Source: Camelus ferus (Eukaryota). From it: DNA of 64,000 nucleotides. Positions within the stretch are counted from its first letter, which is position 1; each line of letters opens with the position of its first letter. Below are positions 14,119-26,041 of the stretch, piece after piece. The notes below the pieces were generated by a model that saw only the letters and a list, made by a program, of their open reading frames with translations, had not been told where the DNA came from and did no database searches. The position numbers and the translations under genes are program-made. The stretch lies in contig NC_045696.1 in NCBI RefSeq assembly GCF_009834535.1, positions 64,730,001-64,794,000 on the forward strand, in the 5' to 3' direction.

Positions 14119-14861
14119 ATCTTTCCCCATTTTTTTCAACTAAGTATTTCAGTGACATTTGCAAAATGCAGAAATCTTGACTCCATGACAAATTCCAGTG
14201 GCTTGCTTGAATACACATTGGCGATCACCTGTGCAGCCAGGGACTTGGCCTGCTGTTTAGAAGTCGAAATGGCTCATTGCATAAGATCCTGTGTAAAGTG
14301 CCTTCACACACAAAAAGGAAGTTAAAAGAAGCAAATGAAGAAGTTGGCTACAACATTGCATATCTCAGATTTTGAAAAAAGAAAAAGAGGGTGCGCTGAA
14401 TTCAAAGTCAGAAGACCCAGCACTAGTCTTCCTCCTTCTTCAGAATGTAAGTTCTTTGAGGTCAGGGAGCACCATCGGTCATCTCTGTGTCCCTCTATTG
14501 CCTTTCAGAGTGTCCAGCAAATGGCACTCAGTACAATCAAATTGAATGAATGAGTGAATGGATGAAAGGAGAGAAGGGAGGGAGGGAGAAAGGAAGGAAG
14601 GAAGAACAAGTTGAACTCATTGCTCTTAGAAGAATAAAATGTGGATTACAGCAATGTGGACATAGTTCTTATGTGTCTCAAGCCAGCCAACCTAAGAGAG
14701 GATATTTCCATGGGGATAGAGTGGGTGCACACCCCAACAAAACCTCCACCCCTTTTGCTCAGGGATGTGTATGGGCAATTTAGTTTTTAATCTCTTAAAC
14801 ATATCTTAAGGGAATGAGCTTTGAATCAATTCGAGTTGTCTACACCGTTTTTGTGTGTGTG

Positions 14862-14955
14862 TGTGTTTCAAGGGTTGTTTTTCATACAACCCTTGTGTTT
14901 CAAGGGTTCAAGCTTAGCTAGAAAACTTGTAGCTAACAAGCTTTCTAGCTAAGTT
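14862..14955. repeat. Cluster of short inverted and direct repeats (quasi-palindromes)
   Basis: CAAGGGTTGT-N7-ACAACCCTTG (14869-14895); 15-bp direct repeat TGTGTTTCAAGGGTT (14862 and 14894); near-perfect 41-bp palindrome at 14913-14953. Confidence 0.95.
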
Positions 14956-15796
14956 TTGTAACTTGAGGAGAGACAGAGCATTCTATTTTTCCTTCCTGGG
15001 TACAGGCTTAGTACCAGGCTGCAAAGAAGGCTTTTCCCAAATAATGAATATTTTCCTCAAAATGAAGTCCTCTTAGATGGAAGTAACATTGCAACCCTGC
15101 CCTTTTAAGATCGTTGTCTGTTAGAGAAACACTTAATCAGAAACGTCAGGTACTTGAAAGAGAACTAGCGAAAACTGTTAAAAGTAAAGTGAAAGAGAAA
15201 GGAATCATAGACTTACAAGAGTCTTAGAATAAAGATTTGGTGATAGACATTTTACAAACCAAGGCAGCGTGGGAGGTCTTCAATTTATATTTTTAAATGT
15301 GAGCAGATGGGCTGAGCATTCTTAAAGAAAGTGAATGTGTGTGTCTATGTGATGAAAATGTAGTTCATGAAGGCTGTTCCTTTGCAGGTGGGAATAATAT
15401 GAGCTTACTCACTTTGCAGTGATAGGAGAGCTAAAACCAGATCCCCCAAATATTTCACATATGGTGACCCAGTTCTTCTTATTGTCTTATTAATTGTCTG
15501 GAGAGTTGTTCTTTCTTTGCATTCGATACTTTGAGTGAAGAGGTAGTATTTTCAAAAGAAATCTGAATATCAGGCATAGACATTCATAGCAGGTCATAGC
15601 AGAACTGTATCGTGTGGCTCAAATGGGACTGGATGTCACAGGAATTACGGGGACAAAAAGCGGAGGCAGCTTCCTGCCTACAGATCTGCTCTGAAAGGCA
15701 AAACTACCACGGAATTAAGGAAGAAGAGCAATTAATATGTACTTTCCTCATGTGTGTGTAGATTACACACTGTTCTTGTTTTCCTTAGAAAGACAG

Positions 15797-16030
15797 TAGA
15801 GGGTTAAGAATGCAAGCTCTGGAGTCATAAAGCTTGAGCTCAAATCCTGACTCTGCTACTTTGTAGCTGTGTGACCTTGGGCAAATCACTTCATCTTCCT
15901 GTGCTTCAGTCCCCTCACTAGGAAAAAGAAGGGATCGGGCAGAATAGTAATAGTACCTATTGACAGGGATGTTTGGGAGAATTAAATTAGCCTATATATA
16001 TATATATATGGCACGTTGTAATTGCTATGT
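15797..16030 (+). mobile_element. MIR SINE, near full length, with internal (TA)n
   Basis: GGTTAAGAATGCAAGCTCTGGAGTCA...CAAATCCTGACTCTGCTACTTTGTAGCTGTGTGACCTTGGGCAAATCACTT...TAATAGTACCTA. Confidence 0.9.
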
Positions 16031-16692
16031 ACACATGATGATTGCTTTTATTATTACTTCCTTGTTATTATTCTGACAATACAAGTGACTAGAGTCTGAA
16101 TTTCTGTTTCAGACAAATGTACCAAAAGATATTTTTGTTGTCATCAACCACGATCATCCTTTATGAGGTGACTGCACAATGTTGCTGTTTTCAAATAGAC
16201 CTCCTTGCCCCACCTTCAATAACCCCTCTTACCAGACCTTGCTATCTGAAGTCAGATATATTTACTCACATTTACTGCTGGTCGTGAAAAAAAAAAAAAA
16301 AAGAACACCTTTAAAAAAATTTAAACATACTTTTAGGGTTTTACCTAACACCCCCACATTAGTCTTTTAAGATTTCTTAGATACATTCATGTTTATTCAA
16401 CCTAAAAATTACAATTCAATCCAGGCACTTACTGTTGGCCAATACTATGCATGTCACCGTGAGGTTAGAAAGAGGAATAAAACAGTTGTCATTAGAAAGA
16501 GTAAAATCAGGTGGGATCAGACATTCACGTATATGACAGATGATTTGATAAACTTGAGTCACTTCACTCATATTCCCTTAGTCTTGATCTATTTCCATGT
16601 ATAATTCCTAATTTATAAATGAGTCCCTCTCTGCCATATGGCAACATTTCCTCTTCCTTTGTTCTCTGTCCCAGCTTTTTTGTCTGTTCCAG

Positions 16693-16734
16693 CTTCATCT
16701 CTTTGATGTTGCCAAAATGCACACAATCCTCCAG
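16693..16734 (+). other. Candidate 42-nt internal exon (unverified)
   Basis: Pyrimidine tract ending TTTTTGTCTGTTCCAG, donor CAG|GTAAAT; open in phase 0 as LHLFDVAKMHTILQ, which I do not recognise. Confidence 0.25.
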
Positions 16735-18139
16735 GTAAATCTGGCAAGATCAGATTTCCACTTTGTTACAAATACCCTTTGTGAGGATTTTGCTGCTGGA
16801 ATTGAAATCAACAGGACAGTGGGCCAAATATGTAGGAAATTGTGCACAATGACTCTCAGAACTATCTGTTCATTTTTTTTTAAATCTTTCTCTTGCATAC
16901 AAGGACAGCCATGTATGTCCAGAGTTCAAAAGCAGGAAAATACAAAATAGAATAAAGAAACAAAAAACCATTTATAGTCTCAACACCAGAAAGAACATAG
17001 CTACCATTCATATTTTGATGTATTTCTCTCTCCTCCTCTGTCACCTAACAGACTTGGGATTAAACTGCTGTTCTTTTCTGATTTTCAGGCTTAACATTTT
17101 TAAAATGTGAGTGCTTTCCCCATATCATTAACAGTTCTTAAAGGAGCCATCTAATATATATTTTATTATGATTTATTTATGATTTACTTAATCACTCTTT
17201 TTATAAGCAGAGGCCACAGTATTCAAATAATAGGTTGACCTGGTTTCCCCTCAGTACCTTATAAAGCATGACTCTTTTGAGTCACACAGTGCTTCCTTAT
17301 CTCGAGTTCTTTTCCAGTCTTTCTTCTTAAACATTTGAACGTTACGGAAAATGTACGAGACTTAGGGTCAGCTGTTCCAACACCAGGTGGTGCGGTATTT
17401 GGCCGGTCACTTCCTGTGACTTGCTTTGGGCTCTCATCTGGGAGGTGGGGTAACATTCCCTTCCTTGCTACAGTGCAGCTGCTGTGCAGAAGAAATGAGA
17501 TGGATGTGAAATTGTTTTACAAATTATGAAATCAGGGATCTTCTCTCCCTGTGCTTGACTTTTCTAACCCCAACCCAAGGCAATATTGGTTCTTCTTTTC
17601 TCTTTTCAACAGAAAAAGGCTGCATTAAGGTGCTGAGATAGAGCATTATTCAGCTCCCTGACCTCCCAAAGGGTTTCTTCAAGTTTAACCTCAGCTCACC
17701 CCTTTCTCACAGTGACCTGATTTATCTATTTAAAACTAAGGTTATCTGGATGGTGAAAATACAGTCTCAAACGTCTATTAGGAAGAGCAAGTCTACTGAT
17801 GAAAGAAAACCTAATTTATTTCCAGTGACCTTCCTTATCTTTACCATAGAATATAACCTTACAGTAGTAACAATAATATTAACATGATAATTACAATGTG
17901 TTAAGTACCTGCAAAGGACAGTGAGGTGCTCCATATATCAGTTTATATCTTAATAGTCCTGCAAGTTATATATTAAGGTGGAAAGTCTATCATTAGGCAA
18001 AAATCACTTAGAAAAGAGATCCAGGGAAGATCTTAAACACGTGAGTCTTCTTTTTTTAAAGTTTAATAATATCAGAATTTTCTAGTCTCAAAAGGCTTTA
18101 AGAAGAACTAACCTGGGAGAGTTTCTGGACCTGATGCCT

Positions 18140-18480
18140 TTATTACATTATCTCTTCCATCATCTTTCCAAATTCCTCTTTGGTAATTGATTTACTTAAG
18201 TTTTTTTCTCTCCATCTTGGGTCAGTTTTGGAAATTTTGCTTAAATTATCTATGTCATCTGAAGTTTGCAGCTTTTTTTTTTTTTTTTTTTGCCATAGAG
18301 TTGCCCTTATTCTCCAACAATTCTTTAATGGCATTTGTAATTAAGAATCTGTATTAAGAATTAGGCTTCCTTTTTCATTGCTAATTTTGAATATTTTTGC
18401 CTCCTTTTAATTTCTTAATCAGACTTAAATGGAGTTATCCATTTTACCATTTTATGGTTTTCTTCCTAGATTTTGTTCTT
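18140..18480 (-). mobile_element. Old L1M ORF2 fragment
   Basis: T-rich antisense L1-like text; ORF 18143..18334(-) ends in an L1-like NLSKSITKEEF. Confidence 0.55.
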
Positions 18481-18513
18481 TTACAAATTTTTTTTTTTGC
18501 CTGTGACAGTCTT

Positions 18514-18611
18514 TTTTTTTTTTAAATTGAAGTGTACTTGATTTACAGTGTTAGTTCAGGTATACAGCAAAGCGATTCAGTTATACATGTATATACATAT
18601 ACTAAATGTAT
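18514..18611 (-). mobile_element. Short L1 3'-tail insertion with 7-bp TSD
   Basis: Poly-T then AAATTGAAGTGTACTTGATTTACAGTGTTAGTTCAGGTATACAGCAAAGCGATTCAGTTATAC; TSD CAGTCTT at 18507-18513 and 18612-18618. Confidence 0.85.
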
Positions 18612-18706
18612 CAGTCTTATTTAGAAAGAAAACTAGGCTTAAGAGGCACTACCAAAGGCAAATCTAACAACTGAGGGAATCAACGAAAGAGACAGTACTC
18701 CAGCAT

Positions 18707-18724
18707 GGGCGCCCTCTAGTGGGA
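18707..18724 (-). promoter_or_regulatory. CTCF binding motif
   Basis: Reverse complement TCCCACTAGAGGGCGCCC fits the CTCF core CCASYAGRKGGCRS; CpG retained in CpG-poor DNA. Confidence 0.75.
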
Positions 18725-18861
18725 GAAAGGGAGCAAGAGCCTTCAGATCCCTCTCCAGGTCTCTGCACTAGCTCTTCTCCTACTGTGCTCTGGGTATTGG
18801 CTACCTGAATGTCCTCCATCCCAAACCTGAGTGCCCTAGGACGGAGCCAATGCCTTGATCA

Positions 18862-19288
18862 CTTTTTTAATTAAAATGCCTAAGCTCCATTAAGGTATAA
18901 TTGAGATATTATAAATGGTACCACAATTAAAGTGTAAAATTTGGTGTTTTGTCTGACATGAAACCATCATCACGATAAAATGAATGAATGTTAACAATCA
19001 CACCCTTTTCCCCCTTTGAACTCATTAACCTCTTTGCCTCCTCCCCACCCCTAGGCAATCACTGTCTCCTTTCTGCCATTATCGTTTAGCTTGCCTTTTC
19101 TAGAATTTCATGCAAATAGAATCATAGAGTAAGTTGGGTTTTTTTTTGGTCTAACTTATTTCCCTCTGTAATTATTCTGAGATTTCAAGCATGTTGAATG
19201 TATCAGTAGTTAACCTTTTATATTGGTCACCATATTCCACTGTATGCATATACCACAGTTTATTTATCTCTTCATCTGTTGATGGATG
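18862..19288 (-). mobile_element. Old L1M 3' UTR fragment
   Basis: CCCTAGGCAATCACTG...TTGCCTTTTCTAGAATTTCATGCAAATAGAATCATA...TATACCACAGTTTATTTATC...CTGTTGATGGA. Confidence 0.8.
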
Positions 19289-19289
19289 T

Positions 19290-19600
19290 AGAAGTTAGCC
19301 ACTGTTGCATAACAGATTATCCCCCAGATTAGTGGTTTAGTTTAAAACAAGCATTCATTTTCTCACAATTTCTAAATCAGAAATTTGGGAGTGGCTTAGG
19401 TGGGTCGTTTTGCCTTCGAGTTTCTCATGAAATTGCTGTCAAGATTTTGGCTTGGTCTGCCATATTACCTTTGTTCTTCCTTTTTCTTTTCTTAGCTCCC
19501 TTAGTCATTGGATTTGCCTTTGGTATCGCCTCTTAAGCCCAGTTTCTTTCTAAGTAATGGCGGGCTTTACCAGGGCCGGAAGATCCAGTTCTAAAATGGC
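19290..19600 (-). mobile_element. MaLR MLT1-type LTR fragment
   Basis: TGTTGCATAACAGATTATCCCCCAGATTAGTGGTTT...CATTTTCTCACAATTTCT...TTTGGGAGTGGCTTAG. Confidence 0.65.
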
Positions 19601-20664
19601 TTTTTCATCTACTGTGCCAAGTACTGTGGCTTGCACTACTGTGCATTCATTCAGTGTGCGTTGCTGGAGTAAACTGAGCTCTGGTTATGGACATCCTTTA
19701 ATTTCACATTAAGCAAATTGAACATTTCCTCTGCCCTTCCCCCACATTAAGCTATGGAGAATCAATGCAGGTGTTTGGACAGGAAATGCTCTGAAAACCT
19801 ACATTGTAGGAGTCTGGTTTCAATGACAGGAGGTGGCACATTTTTTAGTGGAATATGCATTATCCCAAAATGGGCAGTGCTGGTCAGAAGGGTTTTATTG
19901 TCTTGGTCTTTTCCTTGAAGCAAAATTTTCAATGGAAAGGGATAGAATCATAGATTTTCATGAGGTATCCAACCACATTTTTTTTTATTCTTGAATCTTA
20001 AAGACGTGCTAAGAGTGTGGGCTTCATTATTTACTAGCTGTACAGATCTGGTAATGATTGCTGTGTGATATAGACAGGTCATATTTTCCTCTCTGAGCTT
20101 TGGTTTTCCTCTGTCCAAAATAAACAATGTTGACTAGCCACCTTCTTCACTTCTTTTGAGTTTTAGGATTATGTGTTAGGAAAAGTAAGTAGAATTATGA
20201 ATCACAGAGGAATCACCAAAGTACAAGAGTCCCATATATCTGGTTCCCATATGTGACCTCTTCCCAAAACGGAATGATGGAGACACTAGCTTTATGGCTC
20301 AGGGGTAATGTTTAATCTGGATGGATCCTCACTCCTATGATCCTCCATTAGGGTGTGGCTAGGCAGGGACTCTTATGTCAGGTGCACCTTAGGCTGGAGA
20401 GGCTGGGAAGGGAAAGAAATGGGTTAAACGTGTCATTGGACTTTTGCTCCCAATTCAAATGAGGGCCAAGTGTCATTTACTGAACATGTAAGAGGAAGGA
20501 CATGATTTGATGCAATTAGATGTTGCTGACACACCAACAGTGCTGATCTTTTGAAACTCAGACCCACTAAAATGTCTCCTTGCCCTGTAATTTTGTATGT
20601 CTTTGCAAATCACAATTTTGTTGAGCTTTATTTTCTCTAGTGGGTATTATAAAGTAATAGATAT

Positions 20665-21192
20665 TGTATTAATCAGGATTCTCAAGAGAAACAGCACCAG
20701 TAGATATATAATAAGTACATAATATATAATAAATATATTAATAAATATATATAAAGTATATAAATATATAATATGTAAATGATGTATATTTATATATATA
20801 TAATAAATATATGTTTATATATAAAGTCTTATTAAAAAGAATTGGCTCTTGTCATTATGGAGGCTGACAAGTCCAAAATCTGCAGAGCTAATGTCTCAGT
20901 TCAAACCCAAAGACTGGAAGCTGCTGTGGTATAAGAATGTTTCAGTGCAGAAGCTGACAGGAGAATTCTCTCTTACTGTGGGTAAGAGGAGGGGACTTTT
21001 ATTCTATCCAGGCCTTCAACTGATTGGATGAGGCCCACCCACATTGTGGAGGGCAGTCTGCTTTAGTCAGTCTACCAGTGGAAATATGAATCTCATCCAA
21101 AAATATCCTTACAGAAACACCCAGAATAATGTTTGACCAAATATCTGGGCACCCTGTAACCTAGCCAAGTTGAAATAAAATTTACCATCACA
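20665..21192 (-). mobile_element. MLT2 (ERVL) solo LTR with internal AT-rich expansion
   Basis: TGTATTAATCAGGATTCTCAAGAGAAACAG...GGAGGCTGACAAGTCCAAAATCTGCAG...CTAGCCAAGTTGA...ACCATCACA; flanks GATAT/GGTAT match 4 of 5, consistent with a 5-bp TSD. Confidence 0.88.
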
Positions 21193-22499
21193 GGTATACT
21201 GGCTCTGCTTTTTTTCTTTTAAACTGCCCAAGGCACCACCGTCACCACCACCCCCTTCCAAAAATCCTGTTTAAAGCCAAGCCAAGGGTATGTTGCTTAA
21301 GCATTTAAGAATAAGAACCCTTTCCTAAAAGAAGGGAGTATCTTCCCCAAATTACCTTCCTACATGTGACCACTAAACGCAGACTGGAACTCTTTGGTTA
21401 GGCCTTTGTTTATCGCTTCAGACTTCGGCTGGTGCAAGAATCAGAAGCACCTTTGTAAATGCTGTTCCTTTGTTCCTGGATCTCTACATCCTCATCCTCC
21501 CTTCCCACTATCTCTTCCTTCTTCTAATATTTATTGAGTATCTATTCCATGTAAAGTAATACAACTATAAGGATGGCCATAAAATGTTTCCTATTTTTTC
21601 TCTTTTTAAATGTTCTATTAAGTGGCATTGTGATGTCAGTGAGTCTCCCTGCATTTTTAATTTTATATAAAAAGTGGAATTATTGGTATGAATTGTTGTG
21701 ATGAGCCATGGTATGCTTTTGCAGCTCTCACAAAGGTAGTCTTAGAGAGAATTTCTAAAATAATCTAAGAGGTCACTTGGTAGCATTATGTTACCATGTA
21801 TTTAGGCTCATAGAGTGGTGTTCGTTGCTGTATAATTTTAGCAAACAATCCTTGAGTTTCAGTAAAGGGGTTGAAATACCCTAAGTTGGTCTAAAGCACC
21901 AGCTTCGCACTCCTTTGGGCTTGATCGGTCGCTAGGAAACTTGATGCTCTCAGATGTCTTTTCCTTTACCGTGTCCTTTTGATGAGTTTTAGGGGCCGTT
22001 CTCTCTCCTGAATCACCGGCATGCTCATCCGCATCGGTAAACAGCAAAAAGTACACAGAGCTTGCTCCTGTGTCTGATCATGATGGATCTTCCTGTTATA
22101 AGAGTTTCTCAAGTGAGCCTGCCAAAGATCACCTGGGTAGTCAGAACAGAAAATCTAACTAAGCATTGACCGAGAATCATTTAGAGAAGATTGTCAGTTT
22201 TGTGATCTGGATGGATGGAAGAAGGAACAGATCCTGTTCTGCAATTTTATAAACTCTCAAGAAAGAAGGAAACTCAAGGAAGAAGGAAAGTAGGAGTTGC
22301 GTTCATGAATAACTTCCCGTCCAGATGTGGGTTACTATATGTGAGGGTTCCGAAGAATCCCAGTTTCCTCACTCACTCTCACTGTTTTCATTCGGTTGTT
22401 CAGTAAATTGTCCGTCATATTCTAAGCAACTCAGATATGTACAAGGGAGATTATTAAGAGCAGTACATTCCAGCAGAATATAAAGAAAACACTACTAAG

Positions 22500-23310
22500 G
22501 ACCACTGGAGCCCGAGAGAGTTTTGAGGAGGGACGATGACTCGTGGCTGGAGGCGCTCCAGGAAGACCTCCGGGAGGCGGGGGCACGAGGACCGGGTAGA
22601 CGGAGCATCCAGGCTGCTCCTGGGGCTGCGGTTGAGGCGGTGGTGACCTGGCCTTGGGTGAGGGCGAAGAAGCGACTCGCCTTGCTGTGGTGTCGAGAAC
22701 AAGTGCAGGACCGTGCAGGAGCCCAGCTGCTGCCCGTGGGGAGCAGCCTCGGAACCGGGAGCAGATCGGAGGCAGAATCGGAATGCGACAGATTTCCTTT
22801 AATAAGGCCCGGAGAACCCTGCCGAGTTGGCTGTGCCCTCACTCGGTGGATGCTGAAAGCTGTCGCCTTCTGGGCTGCGAAGCCGAAGCCGAAGCCGACG
22901 GCGGGAGCCGGGAACCGGCCGAGGGGACGCCGCCCCGCCGGCCGCGCCGCGTCCTCCGCCTGTTGCCGCCGCGCGGCTCCGCTCCGCTCCGCTCCGAGCT
23001 CGGCCGCTCCGCTCTGGCAGCGATCCCGGAGCTGCATGAGTCAGTTTTGCGCTGAACCTCGGCATAATGGAGGAAGGTGCTATTTTGGGATAACAGGCAT
23101 ATGATCAGCTCTTTTTTCGGGCGGATTTCACAGGCCCCAGTGTTTGCAGAAGGAGCGACTTTCCAGAATGCCTCCCTTTCTGCTAGGGCACAGAAAGCAG
23201 TTTAACGAAGTCATCGTTGCCGCTCCGGCGGAGAGGGTTTCGCATTTGACACTGGCAGCCCCTTAATCGTGTTAACAACAGCAGTAGCTTCGGCGCAGTT
23301 TAACGGAAGA
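22500..23310. promoter_or_regulatory. CpG island, probable promoter or first exon of an unidentified gene
   Basis: Only CpG-dense, very GC-rich, repeat-free segment in the window; GC box CCCCGCC near 22933, (GAAGCC)3 and (GCTCC)4 runs, TGAGTCA at 23037-23043, donor-like GTGAGG on both strands. Confidence 0.85.
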
Positions 23311-24250
23311 TATTCATGTGTGGTTAATAAGCTCATTCTGTTTTTATTTTCCTCCAATGGCACAAATGAAAGCGGAACCTCATCTGGAAGGCGTGGAGGG
23401 GCTCTGAAGCATCGAGGGTTGACGGGATCATGGACCCTAATTGAATAGAACCCTGGTTGTCCCCTCCCCTTTCCATTACTATGTCCTTCGCTTTCCTAGC
23501 CTTCCTAGGATGCAGGGCAGAGAGCGAGCTTCCAGTTTAGACGAGTCATTAAGAAGGGGTGTGCTAGCATGACCCGAGTTTACCTCCTTTTTCTTACACA
23601 TATTCTTACTGTTACAGTAAATATATATTCTTTTGGTAACACGCCCAAACCAATAAAAACATGTCATGAAAAGATAAAACTGATACGTGTGTGTGTGTTG
23701 GTGTCTAGGATTGTGAAGTCTGGGGGCCTGCACCCTGCTCGATGTAGTCAATATGGTGCTATGAGTACAGTGTGTCTTAGTCTTATTTCCAGGTGGTGTA
23801 CACTCTGGTGTGTTTTCTGTTTCGCAAATTTAGCCAGCCATACTTGGGAAAACCTTTGAGACTCTGTCTTGAATTAAGTGATGAGATCAAAGGTGACCGT
23901 AATGAAATCACTACCCTCAGAGACATTTTACACCTCTGTATTCCAGACCAGTTGCTCCATCCTTCACTGTCTTTATTTTTCTCTCTCTCTCTCTCTCCGC
24001 TGGCAGTTTCATCAACTGTAAGACTTGAACTATCACTTTTACAATTTTTTCCCCACAAGTAATTACCTATAACCAAAGCCTTTTTTGATGAATTTAAGAT
24101 ACATATGCCTAAGTGTCTCCTAGAGCCCTCTACTTGAAATCCCACAGGAAACTCAACTTCAACGCGTTCAAATTTGAACTCTCATGTCCCTCTCTCCACT
24201 GAAAACAAAAGCAAGCACAGCTGGCCTGATGCGTGTCTGACATGGCTGTC

Positions 24251-24264
24251 TCAGCAGATGGCAC
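24251..24264 (+). promoter_or_regulatory. CTCF-like motif
   Basis: TCAGCAGATGGCAC, one mismatch from the core CCAGCAGATGGCAC. Confidence 0.4.
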
Positions 24265-24639
24265 CTCTGCCCTCCAGCTGCCCAAGCCAGTCCCCTGCTC
24301 ACCGTGTTCCGTCCCTCCTGCCTCCTTCATCAACCTTTATATCCACTTATTTATTAAAGTCTCTCTACTCTTTCTTGTTCACCTTTAGATCTGCTGCCCC
24401 CGCCCATCCTCAGAGTAGGCTCTGCTCAGTGTAGGGCCCTATCATTTCCTACTGAATATGGTCATGACAGTTCTCCTGGACTTGACCCTCAGTATTCTCC
24501 CACCCCCATCATTGTTTTCACACACATCTTTCAAAAATAGAAATATGATCTGCATTCTCCCTGAGACAACCTTTCCTGCATTTGGAGGTGATGTCCAAAT
24601 CGTTTGCATGGCATATGCATTTCCCAAAAAAGAAAAGTG

Positions 24640-24770
24640 GGGGGGGTCTAGAGTCAGATCTGAGTTTAAATCCTGCTTCTGCCACTTGGCCAGCTGTGTG
24701 ACCTTGAGTGACTTCTCAGTGTTTCTGTCTCCCCATCTGTGAAATGAGAATGATGATGGTAGCTACCCAG
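24640..24770 (+). mobile_element. MIR SINE core
   Basis: GAGTCAGATCTGAGTTTAAATCCTGCTTCTGCCACTTGGCCAGCTGTGTGACCTTGAG...CCCCATCTGTGAAATGAG. Confidence 0.85.
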
Positions 24771-24899
24771 GGGGCGAGCTGCTTTTGTTCCCCAGTCCCC
24801 GCTTCTCCTCTAATTCTGAACATTGCATTTCTCTCTCCTCTGAAGTGAGGTTGCCCAGGTGACCTGTAGAGCCTGAGAAACGTAAGCATAAATAGGGTG

Positions 24900-25142
24900 T
24901 GTCACCTCTGTGTGGAGGCATTCAGATCCTGCGACCGGACTCTCCAGCCCAGTTTCCTGTGATGAATGTGAAAACACGTGTTGATATGAAGGTGCTGTAG
25001 GAATTAAGTAGGCTGAATGCTGAGCTGCCCCGGAGAATGAACCAGATTCCAGCAGACTTTGTGTGAATGAGAAATAAATATTCACTGGAGGAAGCAGTGA
25101 GATTTGGGACTTGTTTGTTACCCCAGCACAGCTAAGCCTAAA
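24900..25142 (+). mobile_element. MaLR MLT1-type LTR 3' fragment
   Basis: GAGAAATAAATATTCAC...GTGAGATTTGGGACTTGTTTGTTACCCCAGCA resembles an MLT1 3' end. Confidence 0.55.
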
Positions 25143-26041
25143 GAGACCTTCTACCTATAGCTATGAGAACTGTATCACATATGAAGGCACTTGGCCTGGT
25201 ATCTGGCACGAAGCAAGTGTTCAGTGATGGTAGCAGTGCTCACAGCCATTTTTCAGACAACGTCCTTTTCCTCTTTCCCTTTGGCACAGTTTATTCCAAA
25301 GGCATCTACCTACTTGCCCTTTCATATCTTGGCATCTTTAGGCACCATGATTACTCTGTGCATTGTTTTCTAGGGTCTTGCTTAGCTGATGAAATTTACT
25401 CAACACTCAAGAACCAGCTTAAGTGTGTCCCCCAATGTGGGCTTTCCTCACCCCTGCATCCACCCACACCCCAGAGTTGGTCGCTTGGGCTTCTATGCTC
25501 ACATACACAAAGGACCTCTCCTTAGTCCTTTAACCCTAGACTGCAGGTATCCCATTGTGTGTGTGTCTCTCCTCCTGGACTGTGGGGTTCCCGAGAGAAG
25601 GATTCCTCCTTGTCCATCTCTGTAGTCTGAGAACCTAGAGCAGGATCTTCCACGACATAGATATTTAGCAAGATGTAAAAATAATTGACTTCCCAAACAT
25701 GATGAAGGAGGTGAGACATTCCACCATGAGGAGACAGGTGATTGGCATAAGGTTTAAATGCTCCCGTGTTCCTGAAGACCTCTCTGTTCTCCACTTCCTC
25801 ACAGACTCAGTGTGCGTTTGGCTTTGTGACCATTGGCTGGTCTAGCGTTCTTATTTTACAGATGAGGAGATGGAGCCCAAGGAGAGCACGCAGGTGACAT
25901 AGAAAGATAATGTCAGACATGGAGCAGAAATCAGATGCTGCTGCTCTGTAGCAACTAAGCACGGGGAAGGGTCATGGGGGTCCGTAATACGTAGGTGTGT
26001 GAGCTCCCCACGGGTGAGGGGAAGTCAAGTCATGAGAGCAT

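Noticed and set aside
14862..14955. CRISPR-like array or prokaryotic system
   Set aside because: Only two direct-repeat copies, no spacer array or cas-like ORFs, and the whole window is mammalian repeat-rich DNA.
22495..23104. Overlapping 133-193 aa ORFs on both strands in the CpG island
   Set aside because: Ala/Arg/Pro/Gly-rich low-complexity translations expected from stop-poor GC-rich DNA; no recognisable domain.
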